Positions 21,599 to 31,785 of a stretch of 64,000 nucleotides of DNA are shown here, piece by piece. The stretch's first letter is position 1; every line of letters begins with the position of its first letter. A program made the translations under genes and the position numbers. The notes under the pieces were generated by a model. That model searched no databases. It was not told where the DNA came from and worked only from the letters and a program-made list of their open reading frames with translations. This stretch comes from Acidobacteriota bacterium (GTDB lineage Bacteria; Acidobacteriota; UBA6911; RPQK01; JAJDTT01), in assembly GCA_965263035.1 (NCBI GenBank), contig OZ253580.1:320001-384000 (forward strand), read 5' to 3'.

Positions 21599-22774
21599 GT
21601 GATGGAGGCAACGCGTTTGAACCCAACAAGGACCCTTATGGCGCTTTTCCAAAGGCGACTCTTGCCGGTTGCCGTACTGCTCGCCGCTGCCGGACTGATT
21701 TGGGCTCCTATGACCGGTGGCGCCGGTCATGCCATTCCCGACATCTCGGGAAAGATCCTGACGGTGAGGGGACCCGTCGATCCAGCCGAGGTGGGCCCCA
21801 CCATCATGCACGAGCACGTCCTGCTCGACTATCGCGGAAAACCCAAGGAGGGGCTCACTGCCACTGAAGCGGCGTACTACAAAGAACCGGTTTCCCTCCG
21901 GAATCTGAGCCGGCTCCGCTCCTGGATCTCGCCCAACGAAGACAACATGTTGCTGGGCGACGTGGACGTGGCCATCCGCGAAGTCCTGGAGTTCAAGCGC
22001 TGGGGGGGCAGCGGGATCGTGGACTGCACCAGCATCGGACTGGGGCGCGACCCTACGGGTCTGCTCCAGGTCTCCAACGCCACCGGACTCCACATCGTCA
22101 TGGGTGCCGGTTGGTACATCCACTCATTCCACCCAGCGGACATGGGTTCCCGGACGTTGGAGGAACTGACCGAGATCATCATCAAGGACATCACCGTCGG
22201 AGCCGAGGGCACGGCGGTCCGGTCCGGCATCATCGGTGAAGTGGGCGTGGGAACGGCACTCAATCCGAATGAGCTCAAGAGCACCCGTGCCGCCGCCCGC
22301 GCCAGCCGGGCCACCGGAGCCGCCATTTCCTTTCACCATGCCGGCCGCGGCGAGGGGAAATTCACCGTCCTGGACATGGTGGAGGCGGAGGGCGCCGATC
22401 TGAACCGGGTCATCATCGGACACTCCAACCACATCGCCACCCAGATCCCCTACATGAGACGGCTTCTGGAGCGGGGCGTCTACATCCAATTCGACCTTAT
22501 GGGCGAGGTAATTCCCCGGCTGGGCCGGGTCCACGACTACGACACGGTCCGGTCCATCGTCCAACTGATCCGGGATGGATACGCGGACCGGCTGCTCCTC
22601 TCGCAGGACGTCTGCACCAAGACCATGATGAAGACCTACGGCGGCATGGGGTTTTCCTTCGTGATGGAGTTCGTCCTGCCCGAGCTGAGGCGTCTGGGGG
22701 CTCCGGAGGAGGCCCTCCATCAGATCATGGTGGAGAACCCGCGCCGGGTTCTGACCTTCGCCAAGCCGGGATAG
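21599..22774 (+). CDS. phosphotriesterase-homology family protein, secreted
   Basis: TVRGP, HEH, IGEVG, IGHS and LLLSQD motifs; N-terminal hydrophobic signal; start uncertain. Confidence 0.88.
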   Translation: MMEATRLNPTRTLMALFQRRLLPVAVLLAAAGLIWAPMTGGAGHAIPDISGKILTVRGPVDPAEVGPTIMHEHVLLDYRGKPKEGLTATEAAYYKEPVSLRNLSRLRSWISPNEDNMLLGDVDVAIREVLEFKRWGGSGIVDCTSIGLGRDPTGLLQVSNATGLHIVMGAGWYIHSFHPADMGSRTLEELTEIIIKDITVGAEGTAVRSGIIGEVGVGTALNPNELKSTRAAARASRATGAAISFHHAGRGEGKFTVLDMVEAEGADLNRVIIGHSNHIATQIPYMRRLLERGVYIQFDLMGEVIPRLGRVHDYDTVRSIVQLIRDGYADRLLLSQDVCTKTMMKTYGGMGFSFVMEFVLPELRRLGAPEEALHQIMVENPRRVLTFAKPG

Positions 22775-22976
22775 TGTTCGTTCGACGCCGGCGTCGGCTT
22801 TCCCACCGTCGACAATCAATTCACCGGCGATGCCCCAGACCCGGCGCTCTCGAAGTAGGCCACTCTCAACCCTGAAACGAGCCACTATGCACTGAAGGCG
22901 GACCTGTCTATCGATAGGTCCCCTCTTGGAAGCTCTTCCACCGGTCGGGGCTCGGCGAAATCCCGGAAGAAATGGG

Positions 22977-23076
22977 ATGGGGGCGGCGGTTTCCAACCGC
23001 CGAACTCCGGACGGAGCATGGGGCAATGAACGTACGGAGAAACGGAGGAATGGGCGACTGGAAATCGCCCCTCCAA
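22977..23076. repeat. REP/BIME-like palindrome pair (copy 2)
   Basis: GGGGCGGCGGTTTCCAACCGCC and inverted GGGCGACTGGAAATCGCCCCTCC, between convergent genes. Confidence 0.6.
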
Positions 23077-23112
23077 GGCACCCCTACATTCTTCTCAGAA
23101 GCAGGTTTTCGG

Positions 23113-23955
23113 TCAGGGTGTGTGCGCATCAAGGAATGCACGGAGATGGTTCGTCAGGATCTCCGGCTGGTCGATTGGAATCAGGGTCCAGCTGTCGTCG
23201 ACCCACACCAACTGCGAGTTCTCGAAATGCTCGGACAGTCGTTGGGCGTGGGCGGGCGGCATCAGCTTGTCCTCACGTGCCCAGACGATGAGGACCGGCC
23301 CGCGGAACGAGCGCTGTTGCTCGGCCCACTCGAGGAGCACCCTTTTCTTCGGTACGTTTCGAAGGTACTTGTTCAGGTCACGACGAACCTTCCGGTTGTG
23401 GCGCGCAGGATGAATCCAGCCCATAAAGATGTCGTTGGGTACCCGCCTCTTCGACACGGTGCCGAAAGTCAGAGGAAGATGCCGGATCCAGCGAGGCCGC
23501 AATAATTGGACCGACATGAAGGTGCCGCCTGGCAGGAACGCGTTGAGGCAGAGCAGCCGGCCGGGGAGGCCGGGCGGGTAGTTATCGAAGGCTTCGCAGG
23601 AGACGAGGACCAGATTTGCGACACGATCGGACCCTCCGGGGCTGATGACGAGTTGCGCGCCGCCCCAGTCGTTGCAAACGAGTGTGACGTTGTATAGGTC
23701 GAGTTCCACGAGGAATTCGGCAATCATGGTCGCGATCGATTCGAGGGAAAGGTCAGAATCATCGGGCATCGGCGACTGGTGCGCGCCGAAAGGCAGCAGC
23801 GGGACGATGCAACGGTAGCGATCTCGTAGACCGTCGACCACCTCGTCCCACAAGCTTTGGTTCATGAGCACCCCATGCAGCAACACAACGACCGGTCCGT
23901 CGCCACCGGTGTCCGCGTACCTGAAGCCGGCCGTAGTTGGTCGGTCGATTTGCAT
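23113..23955 (-). CDS. alpha/beta hydrolase (epoxide hydrolase/dehalogenase-like)
   Basis: VVLLHG, CNDWGG nucleophile elbow (Asp), LIVWAREDK. Confidence 0.85.
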   Translation of the reverse strand: MQIDRPTTAGFRYADTGGDGPVVVLLHGVLMNQSLWDEVVDGLRDRYRCIVPLLPFGAHQSPMPDDSDLSLESIATMIAEFLVELDLYNVTLVCNDWGGAQLVISPGGSDRVANLVLVSCEAFDNYPPGLPGRLLCLNAFLPGGTFMSVQLLRPRWIRHLPLTFGTVSKRRVPNDIFMGWIHPARHNRKVRRDLNKYLRNVPKKRVLLEWAEQQRSFRGPVLIVWAREDKLMPPAHAQRLSEHFENSQLVWVDDSWTLIPIDQPEILTNHLRAFLDAHTP

Positions 23956-24058
23956 CTGGAGACCCCGTTTTCGGTGTGTGACGAGACAGGCTTCTTCTCG
24001 AAGCCGTGTCGGGTAGACCTCGGCATCCCATCTGGCGGAGCGTCACCGGGGACGGTCC

Positions 24059-25405
24059 TTACTGCTTGATGACGGTGCCGTCCCGTCTCCGAATCACCCC
24101 CCAGCCGCCGTTGTACTCCTTTCTCTCTCCCGACTCGAAGCTTCCGAAGGGGTACTTGCGCGCCGCCGCTTCGTCCACCTCGATGCCCCAGCCGGGTTTC
24201 TCGCTGGCGAACAGGTAGCCGTTGCGGTATTCGGGGCAGCCCTGGAACACCTCAAGTTCGCGCTCCGAGAACCCGGAGAACTCCTGGATGCCGAAGTTGT
24301 GACAGGCCAGATCCAGGGCGACGTTGGCGGCATGCCCGATCGGTGAGACGTCGCCGGGACCGTGCCAAGCGGTGCGCACGCCGAAGAGCTCTCCCAGGGC
24401 CGCGATCTTACGGCAGGGGGTCAGCCCGCCCGCTTGGGAGATGTGGATGCGGATGTAGTCGAAGAGCCTTTCCGAAATGAGGGGGATCCACTCGTGGGGG
24501 CTGTTGAAGAGCTCTCCCATGGCCATGGGGGTCGTCGAGTGGTTCCGGATCAAGCGGAAGTAGGCGATGTCCTCGGGAGAGAGGGGGTCCTCCAGAAAGA
24601 AGAGGCGAAACTGCTCCACGTCCTTGCAGAGTTGGAGCGCCTGGGTGGGGGTGATCCGCTCGTGCACGTCGTGGAGCAGTTCCACCTCGTCCCCCAGTTG
24701 TTTGCGGCACTCCTCGAACAGGGCCAGGATCCGGCGTATATACGGGGCCGGTTCGAAGACCGGATCCTGATGCAGCTTTTCCGCCGAGCGGCCTCCGCCG
24801 CCGCCTCCGTAGCCTGACATCCCCGGCACACCCACCTGCACCCGGACGTGGCGGACGCCATCCTCCATATAGGACCGGGCCATTTCGATGACCTGGCCGA
24901 TCTCGGCTCCGCTGGCATGCCGGTAACAGTCGGCTGCTTCCCGGCATTTCCCACCCAGAAGCTGATAGACCGGCAGCCCGGCCTGGCGCCCCTTGATGTC
25001 CCAGAGGGCCATGTCCACTCCACTGAGGGCATTGTTCAGGACCGGACCGTTCCGCCAGTAGGAGCTGTTGTAGCAGGCCTGCCACGTGTCATCGATCCGA
25101 TCGGCCGGCTTGCCCACCAGAAACGGCTTCAGGTAATTCTCCACCGCCGGAACCACCAGGTCGGCCCGCTGCGTGAAGGTGGCGCATCCGTAGCCGTAGA
25201 GGCCATCCTGATCGGTGAGGACCTTCACCACCACCAGACGCAGACCTCTCGGAGCGGTGGCGATGACCTGGATGTCCCGGATCCGGGGAGAAGGCATGCC
25301 CCGGGTCCTTTTCTCCACCAGCGCCCGGGCGCCGAGTTCCTTCGAGGACACGACGCCGGAGAGAGCGCCGGCAGCCAAGCCGCCCAGAAGTCCACGTCTG
25401 TGCAT
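24059..25405 (-). CDS. enolase superfamily D-mannonate dehydratase (RspA/ManD-like), Tat signal
   Basis: GGAGG RBS, HRRGLL; YWRNGP, DMALWDIKG, LLHDVHE, FLEDP, GELF, AWHGPGD. Confidence 0.85.
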   Translation of the reverse strand: MHRRGLLGGLAAGALSGVVSSKELGARALVEKRTRGMPSPRIRDIQVIATAPRGLRLVVVKVLTDQDGLYGYGCATFTQRADLVVPAVENYLKPFLVGKPADRIDDTWQACYNSSYWRNGPVLNNALSGVDMALWDIKGRQAGLPVYQLLGGKCREAADCYRHASGAEIGQVIEMARSYMEDGVRHVRVQVGVPGMSGYGGGGGGRSAEKLHQDPVFEPAPYIRRILALFEECRKQLGDEVELLHDVHERITPTQALQLCKDVEQFRLFFLEDPLSPEDIAYFRLIRNHSTTPMAMGELFNSPHEWIPLISERLFDYIRIHISQAGGLTPCRKIAALGELFGVRTAWHGPGDVSPIGHAANVALDLACHNFGIQEFSGFSERELEVFQGCPEYRNGYLFASEKPGWGIEVDEAAARKYPFGSFESGERKEYNGGWGVIRRRDGTVIKQ

Positions 25406-25506
25406 TTTTCTTCTCCTCCCCATCAAATTGAGAATCCTGCGCTCTGCCGGTTCACCCGCCATAGTAGACTGGGCCGGATCACCAGATAAGCCGAAGCGAG
25501 CGACGC

Positions 25507-26469
25507 ATGAATACTCTGACCCGACGCCGCTGGATGTCCGGCTTGGCCCTGGCCGCGGCCGTCGGACAAGGAGGCCGGGCCGCACCATCCGGACCCGCCA
25601 TCGTCGACGCCAATGCCCACGTCTGGTCCCCCGACTTCCAAAAGTATCCTCTGGCGCCGGGACTGACCAGAGAGGACCTCTGGTTTCCCAGCTTCACGGT
25701 CGAGGAACTGGTCCAGCGGGGAAGCCGAGCCGGGGTGACCCGCTACAACCTGATTCAGATGACCTGTTACGGCCTCGACCACAGCTACATCCTCGACGCC
25801 ATCGCCGACGCGCCTGACCGGTTCGTCGGCACCGGAATCGTTCCCGCCTTCAGCGACGTTTCCCTTCCCGGTCCCGACCGGACCATGACGGCCCTGGCCC
25901 GCGGCGGCATCTACGCGTTCCGGATCCGGGGACGGTCGACGCGTCCGGACCTGGGAAACAGGGAACGCTGGATGGATCACCCGGGCTTCGACCAGATGTT
26001 CGCCGCCGGAGCCCGGCACGACCTCTGCCTGAGCTTCCTCATGACTCCGGCGGACCTGCCCGAGTTGGACCGCATGTGCCGTCGCTTCCCCGAAACTCCT
26101 GTGATCATCGACCACTTTTGCCTGATCGGCAAGCAGTCCGAATCGGTGGAGAAGCAGACCCGGGCCCTGTGCCGCATGGCGCGACACCCCCGGGTGATGC
26201 TCAAGCTGGGCGCGTTCTACGCCCTGGGCAAGAAGAAACCGCCCTATCGGGACATGTTGCCGCTGATTCGCCGCCTGGTGGATGCGTTCGGCCCCGACCG
26301 GTGCATGTGGGAAAGCGACGCCCCGTTGCAGACCAGGAACGGCCACACTTTCGAGGCTGCCGTCGCCGTGATCCGGGATCATGCCGATTTCCTTTCCGCC
26401 TCGGACAAGCAGCAAATCCTGGCAGGAACGGCCGAGAAGCTGTTCTTCCGGCGCGGTCCGCCGGCGTGA
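25507..26469 (+). CDS. amidohydrolase_2 family protein (L-fuconolactonase-like), Tat signal
   Basis: TRRRW; VDANAHVW, IIDHF, FGPDRCMWESD. Confidence 0.82.
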   Translation: MNTLTRRRWMSGLALAAAVGQGGRAAPSGPAIVDANAHVWSPDFQKYPLAPGLTREDLWFPSFTVEELVQRGSRAGVTRYNLIQMTCYGLDHSYILDAIADAPDRFVGTGIVPAFSDVSLPGPDRTMTALARGGIYAFRIRGRSTRPDLGNRERWMDHPGFDQMFAAGARHDLCLSFLMTPADLPELDRMCRRFPETPVIIDHFCLIGKQSESVEKQTRALCRMARHPRVMLKLGAFYALGKKKPPYRDMLPLIRRLVDAFGPDRCMWESDAPLQTRNGHTFEAAVAVIRDHADFLSASDKQQILAGTAEKLFFRRGPPA

Positions 26470-26583
26470 ACCTGCGACCGGGAAAACTTGGGACCGGGGA
26501 TCACCGCTCTCCCCATCCAGGCCGACGGCAGTAGCAGTCGGCGACCGGGGGCTCTAGAATGAAGCCCCAAGAGGAGTACTTCC

Positions 26584-27669
26584 ATGGAACTGGGATTTTT
26601 CACCATGCCTCTGCATCCGCCGGGGTCGGACTTCACTGAGACCCTGGACAGCGATCTGGAGCAGATCGTCACCCTGGACCAGCTGGGTTTCCAGGAGGCT
26701 TGGCTCGGCGAGCACTTCACCAGCGTCTGGGAGAACATACCCGCTCCCGACCTGCTCCTGGCCAGCGCCATTCCCCAGACCGAGCAGATCATCCTGGGCA
26801 CCGGTGTTACCTGCATGCCCAACCACAACCCCTTCGTCATCGCCAGCCGCATCGCCCAGCTGGATCACATGTGCCGCGGCAGATTCCATTGGGGCGTCGG
26901 ATCGGGCGGTTTTCCCGGCGACTTCGAGGTCTTCGGTTTCGATCCCAAGACCGGAGAGCAGAGAGGAATGACCCGCGACGCGGTCGACCTGGTGCTCCAG
27001 CTCTGGGAAGATCCGCGCCCCGGCCTGTACGAACACAAGCACTGGCGTTTCACCGTGCCGGAGCCCCAATCGGACATCGGTCTCCGGTTCCACCTGCAGC
27101 CCTACCAAAAACCTCACCCGCCCATCGGAGTTGCCGGCGTGTCGGTCAAATCCGGAACTCTGGTGCGGGCCGGAGAGCGGGGTTGGATTCCCATGAGCAT
27201 CAACATCGTGCCGACCCGGATTCTCCAGAGTCACTGGGAAGCGGTTCTGGAAGGAGCCGCCCGGACCGGACGGACTCCTGACAGGACCCAGTGGCGCGTG
27301 GCCCGAAACGTGTTCGTTGCGGATACGACGCAGGAAGCCAGAAGGTGCGTCCTGGAAGGGACCATGGCCCGAGACTTCGAGGACTATTTCCTTCGCCTGC
27401 TGCCCAAGTGCAAGATGCTCGACCTGATGAAGACCGATCCCGAGATGCCCGATTCGGAGGTGACCCCGGAATATCTGCTGGACAATCTTTGGCTCGTGGG
27501 CAGCCCTGACGACGTCGCCGGGAAGCTCCAACGGCTTCAGGCCGACTTGGGCGGCTTCGGGGTCCTCCTGGTCCTGGGTCACGAATGGGACCCGAAGGAT
27601 CGTTGGGTCGAGTCCATGAGGCTCCTGAAGGAGGAGGTCTTGCCCCGGGTCAACGGAGTTGGGGGGTGA
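26584..27669 (+). CDS. luciferase-like flavin-dependent monooxygenase (LLM class)
   Basis: LGFFTMPLHP, AWLGEH, LDHMCRGRF, PYQKPHPP, VGSPDDV. Confidence 0.9.
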   Translation: MELGFFTMPLHPPGSDFTETLDSDLEQIVTLDQLGFQEAWLGEHFTSVWENIPAPDLLLASAIPQTEQIILGTGVTCMPNHNPFVIASRIAQLDHMCRGRFHWGVGSGGFPGDFEVFGFDPKTGEQRGMTRDAVDLVLQLWEDPRPGLYEHKHWRFTVPEPQSDIGLRFHLQPYQKPHPPIGVAGVSVKSGTLVRAGERGWIPMSINIVPTRILQSHWEAVLEGAARTGRTPDRTQWRVARNVFVADTTQEARRCVLEGTMARDFEDYFLRLLPKCKMLDLMKTDPEMPDSEVTPEYLLDNLWLVGSPDDVAGKLQRLQADLGGFGVLLVLGHEWDPKDRWVESMRLLKEEVLPRVNGVGG

Positions 27670-27675
27670 GAAATA

Positions 27676-27803
27676 GGAGCGGCGGCTTTCTTGCCGCCGA
27701 TTCAGGGGGGTTATGGGGGACGGTAAGTCCCCCCTCTTCAGTCGGCAGCAGGCGACAAGAAAGTCGCCCCTCCCAGCGGGCGACGAGAAAGTCGCTCCTC
27801 CCG
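27676..27803. repeat. REP/BIME-like palindrome cluster (copy 3)
   Basis: GGAGCGGCGGCTTTCTTGCCGCC, a GGGGGAC..GTCCCCC hairpin, then two inverted GGCGAC.AGAAAGTCGC.CCTCCC units; roughly the mirror arrangement of 4422-4575. Confidence 0.72.
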
Positions 27804-27845
27804 CGATGAGGTGAGCGGGTTGGAGGGTAGAGAGGAGTCAGGATC

Positions 27846-28103
27846 ATGGCAAGGTTCACGCTGAAAGATCTCGGGAAGCACGAAGAAGGCATCCTGGACT
27901 CCATCGACCTGCCGGAGCGGGACGCGCGGCGTTTCATGGAGCTGGGCTTCCTCCCTGGCTCCGTGGTTTCGGCCGCCGGACGTTCGCCGTTCGGCGACCC
28001 GCGGGTGTACCGGGTGGACGGCTCGGAAGTCGCCTTGCGCCGGGAGACGGCGGCCCGCCTGATTCTTCGCAAACCCGGTTCGCCCGGCCGGAAAGACTCA
28101 TGA
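27846..28103 (+). CDS. feoA: ferrous iron transport protein A
   Basis: RFMELGFLPG...SPFGDP...VALRRE SH3-like FeoA pattern; ATGA overlap with feoB. Confidence 0.92.
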   Translation: MARFTLKDLGKHEEGILDSIDLPERDARRFMELGFLPGSVVSAAGRSPFGDPRVYRVDGSEVALRRETAARLILRKPGSPGRKDS

Positions 28104-29989
28104 GCCACAGCCATGGGGCCGGCGCGGCCGTCCCCGTTTCGAAGGCCCGGCCTGGAGACTCCACCCGCTTGCGCACCGTCGCCGTCGTGGGCCCGCCCAA
28201 TACCGGGAAGTCGACTCTTTTCAACCGGTTGACCGGGCTCCGCCAGCGCGTGGCCAACTATCCCGGCGTCACGGTGGAGAAACGGATCGGGCGTGCCCGC
28301 CTCCCTGGAAAGACCGAAGTCCACCTGATCGATCTGCCCGGCATCTACAGCCTCGAGCCCCGGTCGGAAGACGAGCGAGTGGCCCGGGACGTCCTCACCG
28401 GACGAATGCCGGGCGTCTCCAGTCCGGACGCCGTCATTCTGATCCTCGACTCCACCAATCTGGGGCGCCATCTCGGATTTGCCGCTCCCATCCTCAGCCT
28501 GGGAATCCCGACCCTGGTGGTCCTGAACATGGCCGATTCCCTCCGGAGCCGCGGCGGAGGTCTCGACCTGGACACGGTGGCGCAACAGATCGGGGCGCCC
28601 GTCGCCTTGGTCAGTGCCCGGACCGGAGAGGGGACCGAGGCGATCCGGGAGTTCCTGGTGGGCGCCCTGGCCGTCCCTACCCCCTTGGAACTGCCGGTGA
28701 TTCAGGATGTTCGCCGTTGCCGGGAGTGGTCGGCGCAGATCGGCGATGCAGCGGAATACCGTCCCCCGGCTCCACCCCTCTGGACGCGGCGCCTCGACGC
28801 CGTGCTGCTCCATCCGGTGGCGGGTCTCCTCATCTTCGTAGCGGTGGTGGTCGCCGTCTTCCAGACGGTTTTCACCATTGCCATTCCCCTCATGGATGCC
28901 ACCGGCGCCATGGTCTCCACCTCGGGAGAGTGGGTCCACGCCTTGTTGCCCGACTCCTGGTTCCGCAGTCTCCTGATCGAAGGGGTCTGGGGAGGAGTGG
29001 GATCGGTGGTGATCTTTCTGCCCCAGATCCTGTTGCTGTTCCTCTTTATCGGCGTGCTGGAGGACTCGGGCTACATGGCTCGAGCGGCGCTCATCGCCGA
29101 CCGGACTATGGCCCGGGTGGGCCTCCAGGGGAAGTCCTTCATTCCCCTGCTCTCGGCCTACGCCTGTGCCGTCCCGGCCATCCTGGCCACCCGGACCATC
29201 GAGAACAAACGGGACCGGATCGCCACCATCATGATCGCGCCCTTCATGACCTGCTCGGCCCGGTTGCCGGTCTATACGCTGGTGATCGCCGCCTTCATTC
29301 CGGAACGCCCCGTCCTGGGCGGATTTCTGGGCACCCGGGCGGCGACCATGCTGGGATTGTACCTGCTCGGATTCCTGGCGGCTATCCTGACCGCGTGGGC
29401 GCTCAAGTCGTCGATCCTTCGGGGAACGGGAGCTCCCTTCTCCCTGGAGATGCCTCCTTACCGGCTTCCCGGCATCCAGTCGCTGTTGCTTCGCCTCGTG
29501 GACCGCGCCAAGATCTTCCTGCGGCGCGCCGGCACCATCATTCTGGCGACGACCATCGTCCTGTGGTTTCTAGCCAGTCTCCCGCGCCAGAATGGAGAAG
29601 CCCCCCCGATTTCCGAAAGCGTCATCGGGACCGTGGGGCGGACCATCGAACCGGTCATCGAGCCCCTTGGATTCGATTGGAAGATCGGCATCGGACTCAT
29701 CACCTCCCTGGCCGCCCGAGAAGTGATCGTGGGAACGCTGGGGACCATCTACGGGATGGAAGCGGACGAAGGCTCCCGGGATCTGCAACAGGCTCTCAGG
29801 GGCGACCTGGATCTGGGCGGCGCCGTGGCGCTTCTGGTCTTCTTCGCCTTCGCCATGCAGTGCATGTCCACGGTGGCGGTGGTGCGGAGGGAGACGGCCG
29901 GGTGGCGCTGGCCGGTGGCGCAGTTCGCCTACATGACGCTGCTGGCCTATGTCTCGGCCTATCTGGCCAACCAGATCATCGGGCCGTGA
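28100..29989 (+). CDS. feoB: ferrous iron transport protein B
   Basis: GPPNTGKS, ANYPGVTVE, DLPG and NMAD G-motifs; CSARLP gate; TM domain. Confidence 0.95.
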   Translation: MSHSHGAGAAVPVSKARPGDSTRLRTVAVVGPPNTGKSTLFNRLTGLRQRVANYPGVTVEKRIGRARLPGKTEVHLIDLPGIYSLEPRSEDERVARDVLTGRMPGVSSPDAVILILDSTNLGRHLGFAAPILSLGIPTLVVLNMADSLRSRGGGLDLDTVAQQIGAPVALVSARTGEGTEAIREFLVGALAVPTPLELPVIQDVRRCREWSAQIGDAAEYRPPAPPLWTRRLDAVLLHPVAGLLIFVAVVVAVFQTVFTIAIPLMDATGAMVSTSGEWVHALLPDSWFRSLLIEGVWGGVGSVVIFLPQILLLFLFIGVLEDSGYMARAALIADRTMARVGLQGKSFIPLLSAYACAVPAILATRTIENKRDRIATIMIAPFMTCSARLPVYTLVIAAFIPERPVLGGFLGTRAATMLGLYLLGFLAAILTAWALKSSILRGTGAPFSLEMPPYRLPGIQSLLLRLVDRAKIFLRRAGTIILATTIVLWFLASLPRQNGEAPPISESVIGTVGRTIEPVIEPLGFDWKIGIGLITSLAAREVIVGTLGTIYGMEADEGSRDLQQALRGDLDLGGAVALLVFFAFAMQCMSTVAVVRRETAGWRWPVAQFAYMTLLAYVSAYLANQIIGP

Positions 29990-30007
29990 GCTCCCGGAAC
30001 GGGTCGC

Positions 30008-31399
30008 TCATCCGATGGCGTCCTGAATCCCTCTCAAGGACGCATTGAAGGCGGGCACGCTGACGCTCAGGACGTCATATTCGGTGAGACGGGCCACCAC
30101 CAGATCTCGCGACGGAATCACCAGCGTGTTCTGGCCTCCGGCCCCGGCGGCATAGAAAGCATCGGCGGGGGCGTCCCAGACTCCGGTCGTATTGAGCCAC
30201 CACATGGCGCCATAACGCGATTCGCTCGGTTCCCCCTCCTCGTTGAACCACGCCGGCGCCGGGGTGCGGACGAACTCCACGAAATCTTCGGGCAGCAGCC
30301 GCTCCCCCTGCCAGACGCCCTCTTGCAGATACAGCAGCCCGATCCGGGCCCAGTCCCGGACCGTCCCGTACTCATAGCCGGAGAGGATGAAGTTGCCGTA
30401 GGGGTCCGTGTCCAGCACCATCCTGCGGATCCCGATCCGGTCGAAGAGGGATCGCTGCGGGAAGGTGTGGTATTGCTCTCCCCGTTGCTCCACAGCCCGG
30501 CGGACCAGGTAGCCCAGAGTCAGGGGATCGCAGTTGCGGTACCGTCCGACGGTGCCGGGAGGAAAGCGAAGCCGGCGCGAGACGGCGTACTGGAAGACGT
30601 CCAGAGCGCAGGGATAGACATAGTAGTGATCCGGGTAGGCCGTGGAGATCCGGTAGGTTCCCTGCGGTGTCTGCTCCATCACTTCGTAAAGCGTGAAATC
30701 GAGTCCGCTGGACATGCGAAACAGGTCCTCCATCCGGATCCGGCGCCGTGGATCGTCCGGCGTCTGCCACTCGGGCACCGGCGCCGGGCCGGTCATCTTC
30801 AGCCGCCCCTGCTGAATCAGGCGTCCCGCCAGCGTGCCGGTCAGGCTCTTGCCCATGGACCAACTCTCCAGCAGCGTGTCCTTGCGGATCTCCGGCGCAT
30901 AGCGCTCGGCGACGAGACGGCCCTTGTAGACCACCGCCATGGAGGTGGTCCGGGCCGGCGGTTGGAAGGCGAGTTCGACCGCCGCCCGCAGCCGCTCCTC
31001 ATCCACTTCGGGTGGGAGGGGATCCTCAGGGATGAGGTCCCCCATGGGCCAGGGCTGGGTATCGGCCGGGGGCAGAGCGGTCCGCACCGGAACCGGATCG
31101 AAGTAGATTCCGTCGTGGTCCCGGGGATGAACGATGCATCCCTGGTCGCCGTAGAAACCGGCGGTGCGCCGGTAGCCACCGGGGAGGGTCGCGTGAACCC
31201 GCTTTCGGTCATAGTCGATGACGTCGTCGAGGTGCTCCAGGTCCGACTCGGGCAGTTTCAGCAGGTCCACGGCCACGTTTCGGCTGTGCCTTCGCGCCGC
31301 TTCCTCCCCGGTTCCGGTGACGAACACGGCCGAGCAGAGGAGCTTCGCGTACCCGGCCAGACCGAGGTCGCTGGGGTCCTGATCCTTGGCTTCCTTCAT
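30008..31399 (-). CDS. serine hydrolase, beta-lactamase class C-like
   Basis: SWSMGKS (SxxK), MSSGL, YRNCD (YxN), AAGAGGQ. Confidence 0.88.
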   Translation of the reverse strand: MKEAKDQDPSDLGLAGYAKLLCSAVFVTGTGEEAARRHSRNVAVDLLKLPESDLEHLDDVIDYDRKRVHATLPGGYRRTAGFYGDQGCIVHPRDHDGIYFDPVPVRTALPPADTQPWPMGDLIPEDPLPPEVDEERLRAAVELAFQPPARTTSMAVVYKGRLVAERYAPEIRKDTLLESWSMGKSLTGTLAGRLIQQGRLKMTGPAPVPEWQTPDDPRRRIRMEDLFRMSSGLDFTLYEVMEQTPQGTYRISTAYPDHYYVYPCALDVFQYAVSRRLRFPPGTVGRYRNCDPLTLGYLVRRAVEQRGEQYHTFPQRSLFDRIGIRRMVLDTDPYGNFILSGYEYGTVRDWARIGLLYLQEGVWQGERLLPEDFVEFVRTPAPAWFNEEGEPSESRYGAMWWLNTTGVWDAPADAFYAAGAGGQNTLVIPSRDLVVARLTEYDVLSVSVPAFNASLRGIQDAIG

Positions 31400-31509
31400 G
31401 GGGGTACTATACGAGCCTGGGGCAAGAGCCGCCCCTGCCCTGCGACGAAATGCCGCCCGATGGAGGGAGGGCGCCCGGCCGCGATGCGCGACCGGGCGTG
31501 TCTTTCAGT

Positions 31510-31746
31510 TCACTTCAGGTCGGCGATGGAGGCGCCGAAATTGATGTGATACGGTTTGCCGTCCACGACGAACGCGGGGACCGACGCAACGCCGGCCGCT
31601 TCGGCCTCGGCGATGCGGTCGGGCGTTTCACCCAGGTGAACAACTTCCACAGAGTAGTCCTGAGGGTTGAGCGCCTGCGCGAACTGGGTCTCGGCATCGA
31701 CGCAGACCGGACAGCCGGCGTGGTAGAAGGTGGCCTGTCTTGACAT
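31510..31746 (-). CDS. small thioredoxin/glutaredoxin-like protein
   Basis: FYHAGCPVC (CxxC), SVPAFVVDG; GGAG RBS. Confidence 0.85.
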   Translation of the reverse strand: MSRQATFYHAGCPVCVDAETQFAQALNPQDYSVEVVHLGETPDRIAEAEAAGVASVPAFVVDGKPYHINFGASIADLK

Positions 31747-31785
31747 GGTTGAGTCTCCTTTCCGGTTGATGGTTGGTTCTCGGAA

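Noticed and set aside
4422-27803. Palindromic repeats considered as a CRISPR array
   Set aside because: Only 2-3 degenerate units per cluster, partly inverted, with no regular spacers and no cas genes
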